Shown piece after piece: positions 16,657 through 25,099 of a stretch of DNA of 32,000 bases (its first letter is position 1; every line of letters starts with the position of its first letter). Below the pieces are notes generated by a model that saw only the letters and a program-made list of their open reading frames with translations, ran no database searches and had not been told where the DNA came from. The stretch spans positions 450,001 to 482,000 of the forward strand of contig NC_018655.1 in NCBI RefSeq assembly GCF_000299365.1, given 5' to 3'. Both the position numbers and the translations under genes were made by a program. The DNA comes from Candidatus Nitrosopumilus koreensis AR1. GTDB taxonomy: Archaea > Thermoproteota > Nitrososphaeria > Nitrososphaerales > Nitrosopumilaceae.

Positions 16657-17709
16657 ATGAAATCTGCTAGGATAACTGGCCCAAATGAGCCACTTGCAGT
16701 AACTGAATCTGAAACCCCCAAACCTCAAGGTAGTCAAGTTTTAGTCAAAGTAAAATCTGTAGGTGTTTGTCATAGTGATTTGCATTTGTGGGAAGGTGGC
16801 TATGATCTTGGTGATGGTCAATTCATGAAAGTAACTGATAGAGGGGTAAAATACCCTGTAACTCCTGGCCATGAAATTGCTGGAACTGTTGAAGAAATTG
16901 GTGATTCTGTTTCTGGAATTTCTATAGGTGATGAAGTGTTAGTTTTCCCCTGGATAGGATGTGGTGAATGTCCTGCATGTAAAGTAGGAAATGAAAATCT
17001 TTGCGATACACCAAAATCACTGGGTGTTTTTCAAGATGGTGGTTATTCTGATTATTCTTTAATCCCTGATTCAAAATATTTGGCAAAACTTGATGGTGTT
17101 GATTCTGATTCTGCAACGTCGCTTGCATGTTCTGGACTTACTGCATATACTGCTATCAAAAAAGCAAATCAAAACTCTCCTGAATTTCTTGTAATTGTTG
17201 GTGCTGGTGGATTGGGACTGATGGGCGTACAAATTGCAAAGGCAATAACTAATGCAAAGATTGTCTGTGTAGATTTAGATGATCAGAAATTAGAAACTGC
17301 AAAAGAGATGGGTGCTGATTTTACAGTAAACTCAAAAGATCCTGAGACTGTTCAAAAAATTATGTCTATATGCAATGATAAAGGCGCTGATAGCGTAGTT
17401 GATTTTGTTAATGCCCCTCCTACAGTAAAAACTGGCTTGGCTGTTTTACGTAAGAGAGGTAATCTAGTATTGGTAGGATTATTTGGCGGTTCTTTGGAAC
17501 TATCTCTTGTAACCATTCCTCTAAAATCTATTCTTATTCAAGGAGCATATACTGGAAACTATAATGATATGGTTGAACTTCTTGCACTTGCAAGAAAGGG
17601 AACAATCAATCCTGTGATTTCAAAAAGGTATTCTCTTAATGATGCAAATAATGCATTAGAGGATCTTAAGGCACGTAAGATTCTTGGACGCGCGGTAATC
17701 AATCCTTGA
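16657..17709 (+). CDS. zinc-dependent alcohol dehydrogenase (MDR family)
   Basis: It has the catalytic zinc motif GVCHSDLH, PGHEIAG, the structural-zinc cluster CGECPACKVGNENLC and the NAD-binding motif GAGGLG. Confidence 0.85.
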   Translation: MKSARITGPNEPLAVTESETPKPQGSQVLVKVKSVGVCHSDLHLWEGGYDLGDGQFMKVTDRGVKYPVTPGHEIAGTVEEIGDSVSGISIGDEVLVFPWIGCGECPACKVGNENLCDTPKSLGVFQDGGYSDYSLIPDSKYLAKLDGVDSDSATSLACSGLTAYTAIKKANQNSPEFLVIVGAGGLGLMGVQIAKAITNAKIVCVDLDDQKLETAKEMGADFTVNSKDPETVQKIMSICNDKGADSVVDFVNAPPTVKTGLAVLRKRGNLVLVGLFGGSLELSLVTIPLKSILIQGAYTGNYNDMVELLALARKGTINPVISKRYSLNDANNALEDLKARKILGRAVINP

Positions 17710-17756
17710 ACAACTCCTCGTAAAATCTTATTAAATAAAAAAACCGAGTAACGACA

Positions 17757-18506
17757 TTGGATATTAAAACAAACAGCGAAGTTGCATTAGCTCATCTAAA
17801 AAACAAACAGTACATCACAGCTCATAATTTATTCTCAAATCAGGCAGAATCTATAAAAAAATCTGAACCTGTCAAGTCTGCCTTATTGTATATGTTAGCA
17901 GCTGAATGTAAAAAACAACATGGAAAAGAATATGAAAATGAGATTGGTGAAGCTGGAAATTTATTTCTGAAATACTCTACTCTAAAAAATTCTGATAATG
18001 TAAAAGGCGCACTTCTATGTGCTTCAAAATGTTTTTTAAAATTAGGTGATTTTGATAAAGCAAGAGATACATATCAACAAGCAAAGACAATGTTTTCAAC
18101 AATAGCTCAAGTTACAAGACCTATTGTGATTGTTGATGACAGTAAAGCCATAGCATTAAAACTACAAACTTATGTTAAGAAATTGGGATATTCTGATATT
18201 CATGTCTTTGAAAATGGGAAAAATTGTGTTAAAGGATGTAAGTCATTGTTTTCTGAAGGAAAACAACCTATACTTCTTTTGGATATGGGGTTGCCTGATC
18301 TTGAAGGTGATGGTGTTGCAGAAAAATTACTTAAAGAAAAATTAGATTTACAAATTATAGTTATTACTGCTGATGAAAAAACAACTCAACGTGTACACAA
18401 AACACTTAGTTCCGGAGTATCTGCCTTTATTCAAAAGCCTTTCACATTAGATGAAGTCAAAAAGGCCATAGACGTTGCAGAATCGGAATATTCTTTGTTA
18501 CAATAA
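17757..18506 (+). CDS. response regulator: N-terminal helical (TPR-like) region plus C-terminal CheY-like receiver, with no recognisable output domain
   Basis: The receiver consensus residues are all present: IVIVDDSK, LLLDMGLPD, VITAD and IQKPF. The N-terminal ~120 aa are helical-repeat-like. The start is a TTG. Confidence 0.75.
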   Translation: MDIKTNSEVALAHLKNKQYITAHNLFSNQAESIKKSEPVKSALLYMLAAECKKQHGKEYENEIGEAGNLFLKYSTLKNSDNVKGALLCASKCFLKLGDFDKARDTYQQAKTMFSTIAQVTRPIVIVDDSKAIALKLQTYVKKLGYSDIHVFENGKNCVKGCKSLFSEGKQPILLLDMGLPDLEGDGVAEKLLKEKLDLQIIVITADEKTTQRVHKTLSSGVSAFIQKPFTLDEVKKAIDVAESEYSLLQ

Positions 18507-18998
18507 CAATAATGACATGTTGAGAATATTTACATCTCTGATGTCGATTTCATTAATTCTGTAATCTGTTATCTCTTCAGAGAATTTCTCTACAATTTTT
18601 TCCGACGTGTTATCTTTTTCAGATTCTATCTGTACGATTATTTGCATCTTCCATTCTCCTTCCATGTTTGCAACCAGAACATAGTTGTTTAATTTCTTAA
18701 CAAAGTCTATAATAGAATCTCTAACTGACTCCAGTGATTTTGATGGTTTTAATTTTATCATTACTGATTGATACTTGTTAATTCCTGATACATCTGTTAG
18801 AACTGCCTTGTATCCTTTAATGATTCCACTTTTTTCTAAACGCTCAATTCTCTTTCTGATCGTTCTGTCTGAAACATCATGTCCTAATTTTTCTAATTCT
18901 GTGGCAATTTCTTTTGATGGTGTTCTGGCATTGTTGTTAAGAATCTCAATAATTTTCTGATCTACTTTGTCTAAGTTAGACCATGCATCCTCACTCAT
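18498..18998 (-). CDS. Lrp/AsnC-family transcriptional regulator
   Basis: It has an N-terminal HTH, DKVDQKIIEILNNNARTPSKEIATELEKLGHDVSDRTIRKRIERLEKSGIIKGY, followed by an alpha/beta C-terminal domain. Confidence 0.75.
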   Translation of the reverse strand: MSEDAWSNLDKVDQKIIEILNNNARTPSKEIATELEKLGHDVSDRTIRKRIERLEKSGIIKGYKAVLTDVSGINKYQSVMIKLKPSKSLESVRDSIIDFVKKLNNYVLVANMEGEWKMQIIVQIESEKDNTSEKIVEKFSEEITDYRINEIDIRDVNILNMSLLLL

Positions 18999-19064
18999 AC
19001 AAATCCAGAATCTTCATGCTTTTTGTATTTTTGGTTGATTTTACACTTGTGCCATAAAAATTGA

Positions 19065-19628
19065 TTATTCTTCTAAGAACCAACCTGATTCAAATAGGTC
19101 ACTATCCTGTTCTTCTCCGATTTCTGTTGCAAATCTCCAAATAAATGGAGAATCTGTGTACATTTGCTCTTTAATTTTTAACAATGATTCTATTTCAGAA
19201 TTCAGGTTTTCATCTGCTGTTTTATGTTCTTTACAAAATTTACATTTTTCATCAAGTGTAATTGGATCTGATTCAATTAATGGATATGTTCTACATGCCA
19301 TTGGTCTGTCGTTGTATATCTTACATGGAAATCCATTATGTGGTGATTTATTCCCGCTTTCTGTATCTAAAAAAGGACAAGTATTGCCGTTTTTTTCAAT
19401 TCCCATCATTTGATACGCTAAAATTTTTTCAGGTGATGATTCTTTTTTATTTGAAATTCCTATTCTTGGTAAAATTTTAATGTCCAAATTTTTTTCTTGT
19501 GCTAACTTCTCAATTTTCTTTTTTTCATCAGGCAGAATCAAAACACCAATTTTTCCAAATTTTTTACTTGGAAAGTACTCTCTTTCAATACAACACTGTG
19601 AACATTCTTCAATACACCTAAACTCCAT
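19065..19628 (-). CDS. YkgJ/UPF0153-family Cys-rich protein (putative zinc/iron-chelating domain)
   Basis: It has the CIEECSQCC motif (CxxCxxCC) near the N-terminus, then NTCPFLD and CKIYNDRPMACRTYP. Confidence 0.65.
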   Translation of the reverse strand: MEFRCIEECSQCCIEREYFPSKKFGKIGVLILPDEKKKIEKLAQEKNLDIKILPRIGISNKKESSPEKILAYQMMGIEKNGNTCPFLDTESGNKSPHNGFPCKIYNDRPMACRTYPLIESDPITLDEKCKFCKEHKTADENLNSEIESLLKIKEQMYTDSPFIWRFATEIGEEQDSDLFESGWFLEE

Positions 19629-19723
19629 ATTTTCTTTCTAATTCTAACGCATAAAACTCATTACAATAATCTATTTTTTTAAAAAAACCTATCAGTTATA
19701 TGCTCATAATGTGGTCTACTATT

Positions 19724-20035
19724 ATGGGTAAGCGCCAAGTAAAAAGTGAAAGTGCATTAAAAGAAATACGTCTTCCAGAAGAGGGGGAATTATTTGGCAG
19801 GGTTCTTAAGATGCTTGGTGGCGAAAACGTCTTGATCAAATGTACTGATAATATCACAAGACGAGGTAGAATCCGAGGAAAATTAAAGAGACGAGTTTGG
19901 ATCAGAGATAATGATATTGTAATTATTGCACCTTGGGATTTTAACGAAGCTGAAAAAGGTGATATTGTTTGGAGATTCACTCTTCCTCAAGTTGAATGGC
20001 TAAAGGAAAACGGACACATTCCAAAAGATTTCTAA
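19724..20035 (+). CDS. eif1a: translation initiation factor aIF-1A
   Basis: The sequence IRLPEEGELFGRVLKMLGGENVLIKCTDNITRRGRIRGKLKRRVWIRDNDIVIIAPWDF is an S1-like OB fold. The ATG at 19724 is preferred over the track start at 19700. Confidence 0.9.
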   Translation: MGKRQVKSESALKEIRLPEEGELFGRVLKMLGGENVLIKCTDNITRRGRIRGKLKRRVWIRDNDIVIIAPWDFNEAEKGDIVWRFTLPQVEWLKENGHIPKDF

Positions 20036-20080
20036 TTTAACACCTTAGTTAATATAGTGAATAAACTACTCGAAAACTAA

Positions 20081-20272
20081 ATGGAACAAGGTACCGTAAA
20101 ATGGTTTAACCGTACTAAGGGCTTTGGTTTTATTGAAAGAGAAGGTGGAGACGATCTATTTGTTCACAAAACAGATGTTGACGGATTCATCAACGAAGGC
20201 GATAAAGTCGAGTTTGAAATCGGTGAAGGCAAAAAAGGCCCAGCAGCACAAAAAGTCAAAAAAACAGAATAG
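20081..20272 (+). CDS. csp: cold-shock protein (bacterial CspA type)
   Basis: [18 protein letters not shown] contains the RNP1 motif and DLFVHKTDV the RNP2 motif. The product is 63 aa. Confidence 0.9.
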   Translation: MEQGTVKWFNRTKGFGFIEREGGDDLFVHKTDVDGFINEGDKVEFEIGEGKKGPAAQKVKKTE

Positions 20273-20365
20273 ACAATGAATTTTTAATTTAAGATTTCAT
20301 CTTATGTTTTCTTAACCTAGTCTATCTTTTTATTATTTTTACAATTATTTTAAATCAAAAGTTTG

Positions 20366-20492
20366 TGGTCCCAAGCGAAGGAATTGAACCTTCGACAACC
20401 CGGTTTCTGTATGCCTGATATGCTGTTATTCGGTCAGCCATCTAAAGCCAACAACTACAGCCGGAAGCTCTACCAGGCTGAGCTAGCTTGGG
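20366..20492 (-). tRNA. tRNA-Tyr (anticodon GTA) with a ~50-nt intron and a genome-encoded CCA
   Basis: The acceptor stem is CCCAAGC/GCTTGGG, followed by A-CCA. The D arm is GCTC-AGCCTGGTA-GAGC. The anticodon stem TCCGG/CCGGG is interrupted after CTGTAG. The T arm is GAAGG-TTCAATT-CCTTC. Confidence 0.85.
20405..20454 (-). other. tRNA-Tyr intron at the canonical 37/38 position
   Basis: The intron's 3' end (UACAG-AA) is complementary to the anticodon loop CUGUA. This leaves an AAA bulge next to the anticodon stem, which is consistent with half of a bulge-helix-bulge splice motif. Confidence 0.7.
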
Positions 20493-20515
20493 ACAAGAAG
20501 AACGAAGTTTACTGC

Positions 20516-20525
20516 TATTAAAAAA
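20516..20525 (-). promoter_or_regulatory. TATA-like element (TTTTTTAATA on the minus strand) upstream of tRNA-Tyr
   Basis: The element is centred about 27 nt upstream of the tRNA 5' end at 20492. Confidence 0.4.
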
Positions 20526-20592
20526 CTATCGTAGTGATTTGATCGACTAATCAATATAAGCATAAATAGTCTTCACCGTTGTTCATTGTTTA

Positions 20593-21201
20593 ATGTCCAA
20601 ACTCCAATTGTCGTATTCTGGTTATGTTTGTGCACCGTATTTGCACACTCATGAATCGGTTACACTAAAAGAATCTTGGATAGCATCAAAAAATATTGAA
20701 AGGTTGTACTTTGTGACTGGTACATTTTCATCTGAAAGTAAACCTTATTTTTCAGATTCAACAAATCATTATCTTTTAGCTAAATTCAAGGACAGTTCAA
20801 AGATCACAAATGATCTTGTTGCTCACAACCAAGAAAAAACATCTTTCGTCTTTAATGTCAAAGATGATCTATTCCAACATGAGGTTCAAGGGGATGTAAA
20901 TTTTGTGTCTGTCTATTATATGGAATATGGCGAAGATGAGGATCTCTCTGAAATTGCCCATTTGTTGGTAAAAAAAGACCAGATTGAGACAGCAGGAATC
21001 GGAAACATGGAAACTTTTTGCTCACATCCCTCCAAATTTACATTTCCATACTCTGAAAACATTATTGTCATAGAAGTAGCAAGTGAAAAGAGTCATCAAA
21101 GTGTAAAAAAATATTGTGAGCAAACTAGACGAGATGCTAATCGAAAAGGACTGACAATGACTAATTTGATGAGTCTTTCAATTTTAGAGCAACTAAAGTA
21201 G
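20593..21201 (+). CDS. hypothetical protein
   Basis: A 202-aa ORF with no recognisable motif and no TM segments. Confidence 0.45.
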   Translation: MSKLQLSYSGYVCAPYLHTHESVTLKESWIASKNIERLYFVTGTFSSESKPYFSDSTNHYLLAKFKDSSKITNDLVAHNQEKTSFVFNVKDDLFQHEVQGDVNFVSVYYMEYGEDEDLSEIAHLLVKKDQIETAGIGNMETFCSHPSKFTFPYSENIIVIEVASEKSHQSVKKYCEQTRRDANRKGLTMTNLMSLSILEQLK

Positions 21202-21235
21202 AAAAGTTAAATATTCGACCAAAAACTGTTTTTGC

Positions 21236-21646
21236 ATGAGTAAACCATCTGACCTTGGTTCGTTAAAAATTGGTTCTTACATTCTATTGCCCCATTCAGA
21301 TCAACCAAGTGGTGAACCATGCAGAATTGTTGAATATGATACATCAAAACCCGGAAAACATGGTGCAGCAAAAGCAAGAATCGTAGCTGAGGGAATTTTT
21401 GATGGTCAAAAAAGACCTCATGTAGGACCTGTCAGTATGCAAATTCATGTACCTATGATTAACAAAAAAGTGGGCCAAATCATTTCTATGACTGGTGATA
21501 CTGTTCAGTTGATGGATTCTGAGACTTTTGAAACAATTGACGTTACACTAATTGACGATGAAGTTAAAGGAAAATTGGAAAACGGACAAAATGTAGAGTA
21601 TTGGGTTGTAATGGATAAAACTAAAATCATGCGCATTAAGACATAA
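21236..21646 (+). CDS. eif5a: translation initiation factor aIF-5A
   Basis: It contains the hypusine loop TSKPGKHGAAKARIV, with an SH3-like N-terminal domain and an OB-fold C-terminal domain. Confidence 0.9.
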   Translation: MSKPSDLGSLKIGSYILLPHSDQPSGEPCRIVEYDTSKPGKHGAAKARIVAEGIFDGQKRPHVGPVSMQIHVPMINKKVGQIISMTGDTVQLMDSETFETIDVTLIDDEVKGKLENGQNVEYWVVMDKTKIMRIKT

Positions 21647-21649
21647 TGC

Positions 21650-21715
21650 GGATGCTGATGATTATTGGAAAAGCCGTCTGATTTTGTGATGACGATTATG
21701 AGTATTGAAGCGTCC
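21650..21715 (+). ncRNA. candidate C/D-box sRNA
   Basis: The layout is: GGATGC, TGATGA (C box, 21656-61), a 16-nt spacer, CTGA (D', 21678-81), TTTTG, TGATGA (C', 21687-92), a 12-nt spacer, TTGA (variant D, 21705-08), A, then GCGTCC. The terminal hexamers can pair, with one G-U pair. Two features are non-canonical: the first spacer is 16 nt rather than about 12, and the D box is TTGA rather than CTGA. Confidence 0.35.
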
Positions 21716-21757
21716 TTTGAGTAAACTTAAACAATTGTTGAACTGATTTTTTGTAAA

Positions 21758-22447
21758 ATGAAACTTGCTTCTCTTTTTTCAGGTGGAAAAGATAGCACTT
21801 TTGCCATCTATGCAGCACAAAAACAAGGTCATAAGGTATCCTGTCTTCTAAGCATATTTGCAAAATCTGATGAAAGTCATTTGCTACATCATCCAAACAT
21901 GCAATGGACAAAACTCCAATCTGAATCAATGCAAATTCCACAAATCACAATAAATTCTGATTCTGACAAAACCGAAGATGAACTTGTTGCATTAGAATAT
22001 TTGCTGAAAATTGCCAAGGATAAATATGGAATAGAAGGATTGGTTTATGGTGGAATTAAAAGTAATTTTCAAAAAGAAAAATTTGAAAAAATTTGTTCTA
22101 AATATGATTTGACTGTAATTGCACCTTTGTGGCATCTGGACCCAGAACAATACATGAATAATTTACTTGATGCAAAATTTTCTTTTATTATGGTTACAGT
22201 ATCTTCTGATGGCTTAGATGATTCATGGTTGGGAAAACGTATTGGATTTTCTGAAATAAATATTCTGAAAAGTTTATCTGAAAAGTTTGGATTTAATTTA
22301 AATTTTGAAGGTGGTGAAGCAGAAACATTTGTAATTGACTGTCCTTTATTTTCAAATTCGATCAAAATTAATCAAGCAGAAAAAAAATGGGATGGTTATA
22401 GAGGAAGGTTTGAAATAGTGGATGCAGAATTGAATTACAATGCTTGA
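21758..22447 (+). CDS. dph6: diphthine-ammonia ligase-type PP-loop ATPase (Dph6/MJ0570-like)
   Basis: It has an N-terminal PP-loop ASLFSGGKDS, then ..HHPN.. and a C-terminal EGGEAETFV motif characteristic of the family. Confidence 0.75.
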   Translation: MKLASLFSGGKDSTFAIYAAQKQGHKVSCLLSIFAKSDESHLLHHPNMQWTKLQSESMQIPQITINSDSDKTEDELVALEYLLKIAKDKYGIEGLVYGGIKSNFQKEKFEKICSKYDLTVIAPLWHLDPEQYMNNLLDAKFSFIMVTVSSDGLDDSWLGKRIGFSEINILKSLSEKFGFNLNFEGGEAETFVIDCPLFSNSIKINQAEKKWDGYRGRFEIVDAELNYNA

Positions 22448-23765
22448 CGGACTTAAGAGTAGTTTAGGCGATGCAATCAAAAAGATTGTCAAATCATCGG
22501 GAATTGATGAAGAACTTATCAAGGAACTATCTAAGGATGTTCAAAGGGCATTATTGCAATCTGATGTTAATGTGAGGTTAGTTCTTGAAATTACAAAGCA
22601 TTTGGAGGAGCGTGCCCTAAATGAAACCCCTCCTCCAGGCCTTTCTAGGAAGGACCATATTGTAAAAATCCTATATGATGAACTCTCAAGCTTACTTGGA
22701 AATGAATCTGAATTTGATTTCAAGCCTGGAAAACAAAATAAAATCATTTTGTTGGGAATTCAAGGAAGTGGAAAAACCACTGTTGCCTCCAAACTTGCAA
22801 AATTCTTGACTAGACAGGGATACAAAGTTGGGGTTATTGGAGCTGATACCTATAGACCGGGAGCTTTAGTGCAACTCAAAACAATGTGTGAAAAATCAAA
22901 TGTTGAGGTATATGGAGAAGAAAATAACAAAGACTCTCCTAGCATTGTGAAAAATGGTTTGAAACACTATGAAGGACAACCATTAGATGTCATCCTAATT
23001 GATACTGCAGGACGCCATAAAGAAGAACAAGATCTACTTGAAGAAATGGATAGAATTAACAAAATTGCTGACCCTGATTTGGCGCTACTTGTAATTGATG
23101 GAACAATTGGACAACAATGTTTCAATCAAGCTGAGGCATTTCACAAAACAATACCTGTTGGTGGTGTTATAATCACAAAATTAGATAGTTCCGCAAAGGG
23201 AGGAGGTGCATTAGCTGCATCTGCTGCAACTGGTGCGCAAATAATGTACATTGGTACTGGTGAACGAATTGATGATTTAGAAAAATTCTCACCAACAAGA
23301 TTTGTTGGACGTCTATTGGGAATGGGTGATGTTCAAGCTGTTTTAGATTTGGCAAAACGTTTGGAAAATGAAGGTGATGATGTTCGAATGAAGAGAATCT
23401 CTAGTGGAAAAATGAATATGGATGATTTCTTTTATCAATTAGAGGAAGTAACTAAAGTTGGTTCACTTCAAGGATTACTTGAAAGTATGCCTGGTCTTTC
23501 TGGAATGGTAAAAGGTGATCAAGTAAATCAAATGGAAGACAGAGTTTCAAAATGGCGCTACATCATTCAAAGTATGACCAAAGAAGAGAAGGCAGATCCT
23601 GATTTACTAAACTCTTCTAGAATCAAAAGAATTGCACGAGGTTCAGGTTGGCCAGAAGGTGAAGTCAAAGAACTAATTAAAAATTATAAAAATTCTAAGA
23701 ATATGATGAAGGCTTCAAAAGGAAGACAAATGCAAGGCACTCTTAGAAGAATGGGATTAGGTTAA
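22440..23765 (+). CDS. srp54: signal recognition particle protein SRP54
   Basis: The GTPase motifs GIQGSGKTT, DTAGRH and TKLD are present. The C-terminus is a Met-rich M domain (MGDVQAVL.., MPGLSGMV..). Confidence 0.92.
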   Translation: MLDGLKSSLGDAIKKIVKSSGIDEELIKELSKDVQRALLQSDVNVRLVLEITKHLEERALNETPPPGLSRKDHIVKILYDELSSLLGNESEFDFKPGKQNKIILLGIQGSGKTTVASKLAKFLTRQGYKVGVIGADTYRPGALVQLKTMCEKSNVEVYGEENNKDSPSIVKNGLKHYEGQPLDVILIDTAGRHKEEQDLLEEMDRINKIADPDLALLVIDGTIGQQCFNQAEAFHKTIPVGGVIITKLDSSAKGGGALAASAATGAQIMYIGTGERIDDLEKFSPTRFVGRLLGMGDVQAVLDLAKRLENEGDDVRMKRISSGKMNMDDFFYQLEEVTKVGSLQGLLESMPGLSGMVKGDQVNQMEDRVSKWRYIIQSMTKEEKADPDLLNSSRIKRIARGSGWPEGEVKELIKNYKNSKNMMKASKGRQMQGTLRRMGLG

Positions 23766-23783
23766 TAACGCATTTTTTCTAAA

Positions 23784-24929
23784 ATGACTAACTATCAAAA
23801 AATCATTCCTATTGCAAATCAAATATTAAAAAAACATGATTTGTGTGAACATTGTCTTGGAAGATTATTTTCAAAACAACTTAATCTTTCATCAAATAAA
23901 CTTCTTGGTAAAAAACTAAAGAAAAATTCTAAACCAAATCAAAGATGCTATATTTGTAAAAATCTGTTTGATAATCTGAATTATTTTTTAAATATGATGT
24001 TGGACTCTGCATCATCGTATTCTTATTCGTCATTTAGTGTTGGGGTTATAATAAAACCATCAATAATAGACCGAGATGACATTATTCGTTCAAAATACAA
24101 ACTAAAGGGAATAGATGGAATCAAAACTGATATTGTAAAAGAATTGGTAAAATTATTTTCTAAAAAAACAAAAAAGACTTTTGACTATTTAGATCCTGAA
24201 ATTGTATTTACTGTAAACCTTAAGGATGAAGATTGTACTCTCCGCTCAAAATCATTGACTCTTTCTGGAAGATATGTTAAATCTATACGAGGTTTTTCCC
24301 AAAAACAGAAATCTTGTTCAAATTGTTCTGGAAAGGGATGTAGGGTTTGTGATTTTCATGGAATTTTGGAATTTGATAGTGTTGAAGGGGAAATATCTCA
24401 ATTTCTTTTTAAAAAATTGGGCGGTACTACTGCTAAATTCACTTGGATTGGAGGTGAAGATAAATCTAGTTTGGTTCTGGGCTCTGGCAGGCCTTTTTTT
24501 GTAAAAATCCAAAATCCTTACAAAAGAAATCTGCAAATCTCTTATGCCAATTTAAAACATGTTCAAGTCAGCAATTTCAAAATTGTTCGAGAGTCTCCAA
24601 AGACCCCTCTGAAATTCAATTCTTTAGTTGAAGCAAAAATATCTACATCATCAAGCATTGACTCAAAACTTTTACAAAAAATAAAAACACTTGCTAAAAA
24701 TACTGTTGTCGTGTATGAAAAATCTGGAAAACGTTCTGAGAAGAAAATATTTTCAATAAAATATAAAAAACATGATGAAACTTCGTTTACATTATTTTTC
24801 AAATTTGAAGGAGGATTGCCTGTAAAACGTTTTGTTACTGGGGATGATGTTTCTCCTGGAATAACTCAAACGCTTGGTGTTCCTTGCAAATGCCTTGAAT
24901 TTGATTTTCATGATATTGAGGTAAAATGA
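23784..24929 (+). CDS. pus10: tRNA pseudouridine synthase Pus10
   Basis: An N-terminal zinc ribbon has LCEHCLGRLF and CYICKNLF, with a second CSNCSGKGCRVC cluster. The core contains GGEDKSSLVLGSGRPFFVKI (compare GREDVDVRMLGxGRPF). The C-terminus reads GGLPVKRFVTGD. Confidence 0.75.
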   Translation: MTNYQKIIPIANQILKKHDLCEHCLGRLFSKQLNLSSNKLLGKKLKKNSKPNQRCYICKNLFDNLNYFLNMMLDSASSYSYSSFSVGVIIKPSIIDRDDIIRSKYKLKGIDGIKTDIVKELVKLFSKKTKKTFDYLDPEIVFTVNLKDEDCTLRSKSLTLSGRYVKSIRGFSQKQKSCSNCSGKGCRVCDFHGILEFDSVEGEISQFLFKKLGGTTAKFTWIGGEDKSSLVLGSGRPFFVKIQNPYKRNLQISYANLKHVQVSNFKIVRESPKTPLKFNSLVEAKISTSSSIDSKLLQKIKTLAKNTVVVYEKSGKRSEKKIFSIKYKKHDETSFTLFFKFEGGLPVKRFVTGDDVSPGITQTLGVPCKCLEFDFHDIEVK

Positions 24930-24964
24930 TAACAATTAACTAGCTCTGATTCTTCCAAAGTACT

Positions 24965-25063
24965 ATGCCAATAAGAAAAAAAGGTAAACATCAAAGACAT
25001 GCTGATCAAAGGGCAGATAGACGAAGAAAAAAACAAGCAAAATCTGGAAAACCTAAATCATAA
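24965..25063 (+). CDS. possible 32-aa highly basic peptide
   Basis: The translation is MPIRKKGKHQRHADQRADRRRKKQAKSGKPKS. It fills the Pus10 to HExxH-gene spacer. No homologue is recognised, so coding status is uncertain. Confidence 0.3.
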   Translation: MPIRKKGKHQRHADQRADRRRKKQAKSGKPKS

Positions 25064-25099
25064 CCAAATCAACCTTTTTACATTCAAAATTGTCGAGGA

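Noticed and set aside
20405-20454. A C/D-box sRNA encoded in the tRNA-Tyr intron, as seen in some archaeal tRNA-Trp introns.
   Set aside because: The intron contains a CUGA but no UGAUGA-type C box and no second box pair, so there is no support from the sequence.
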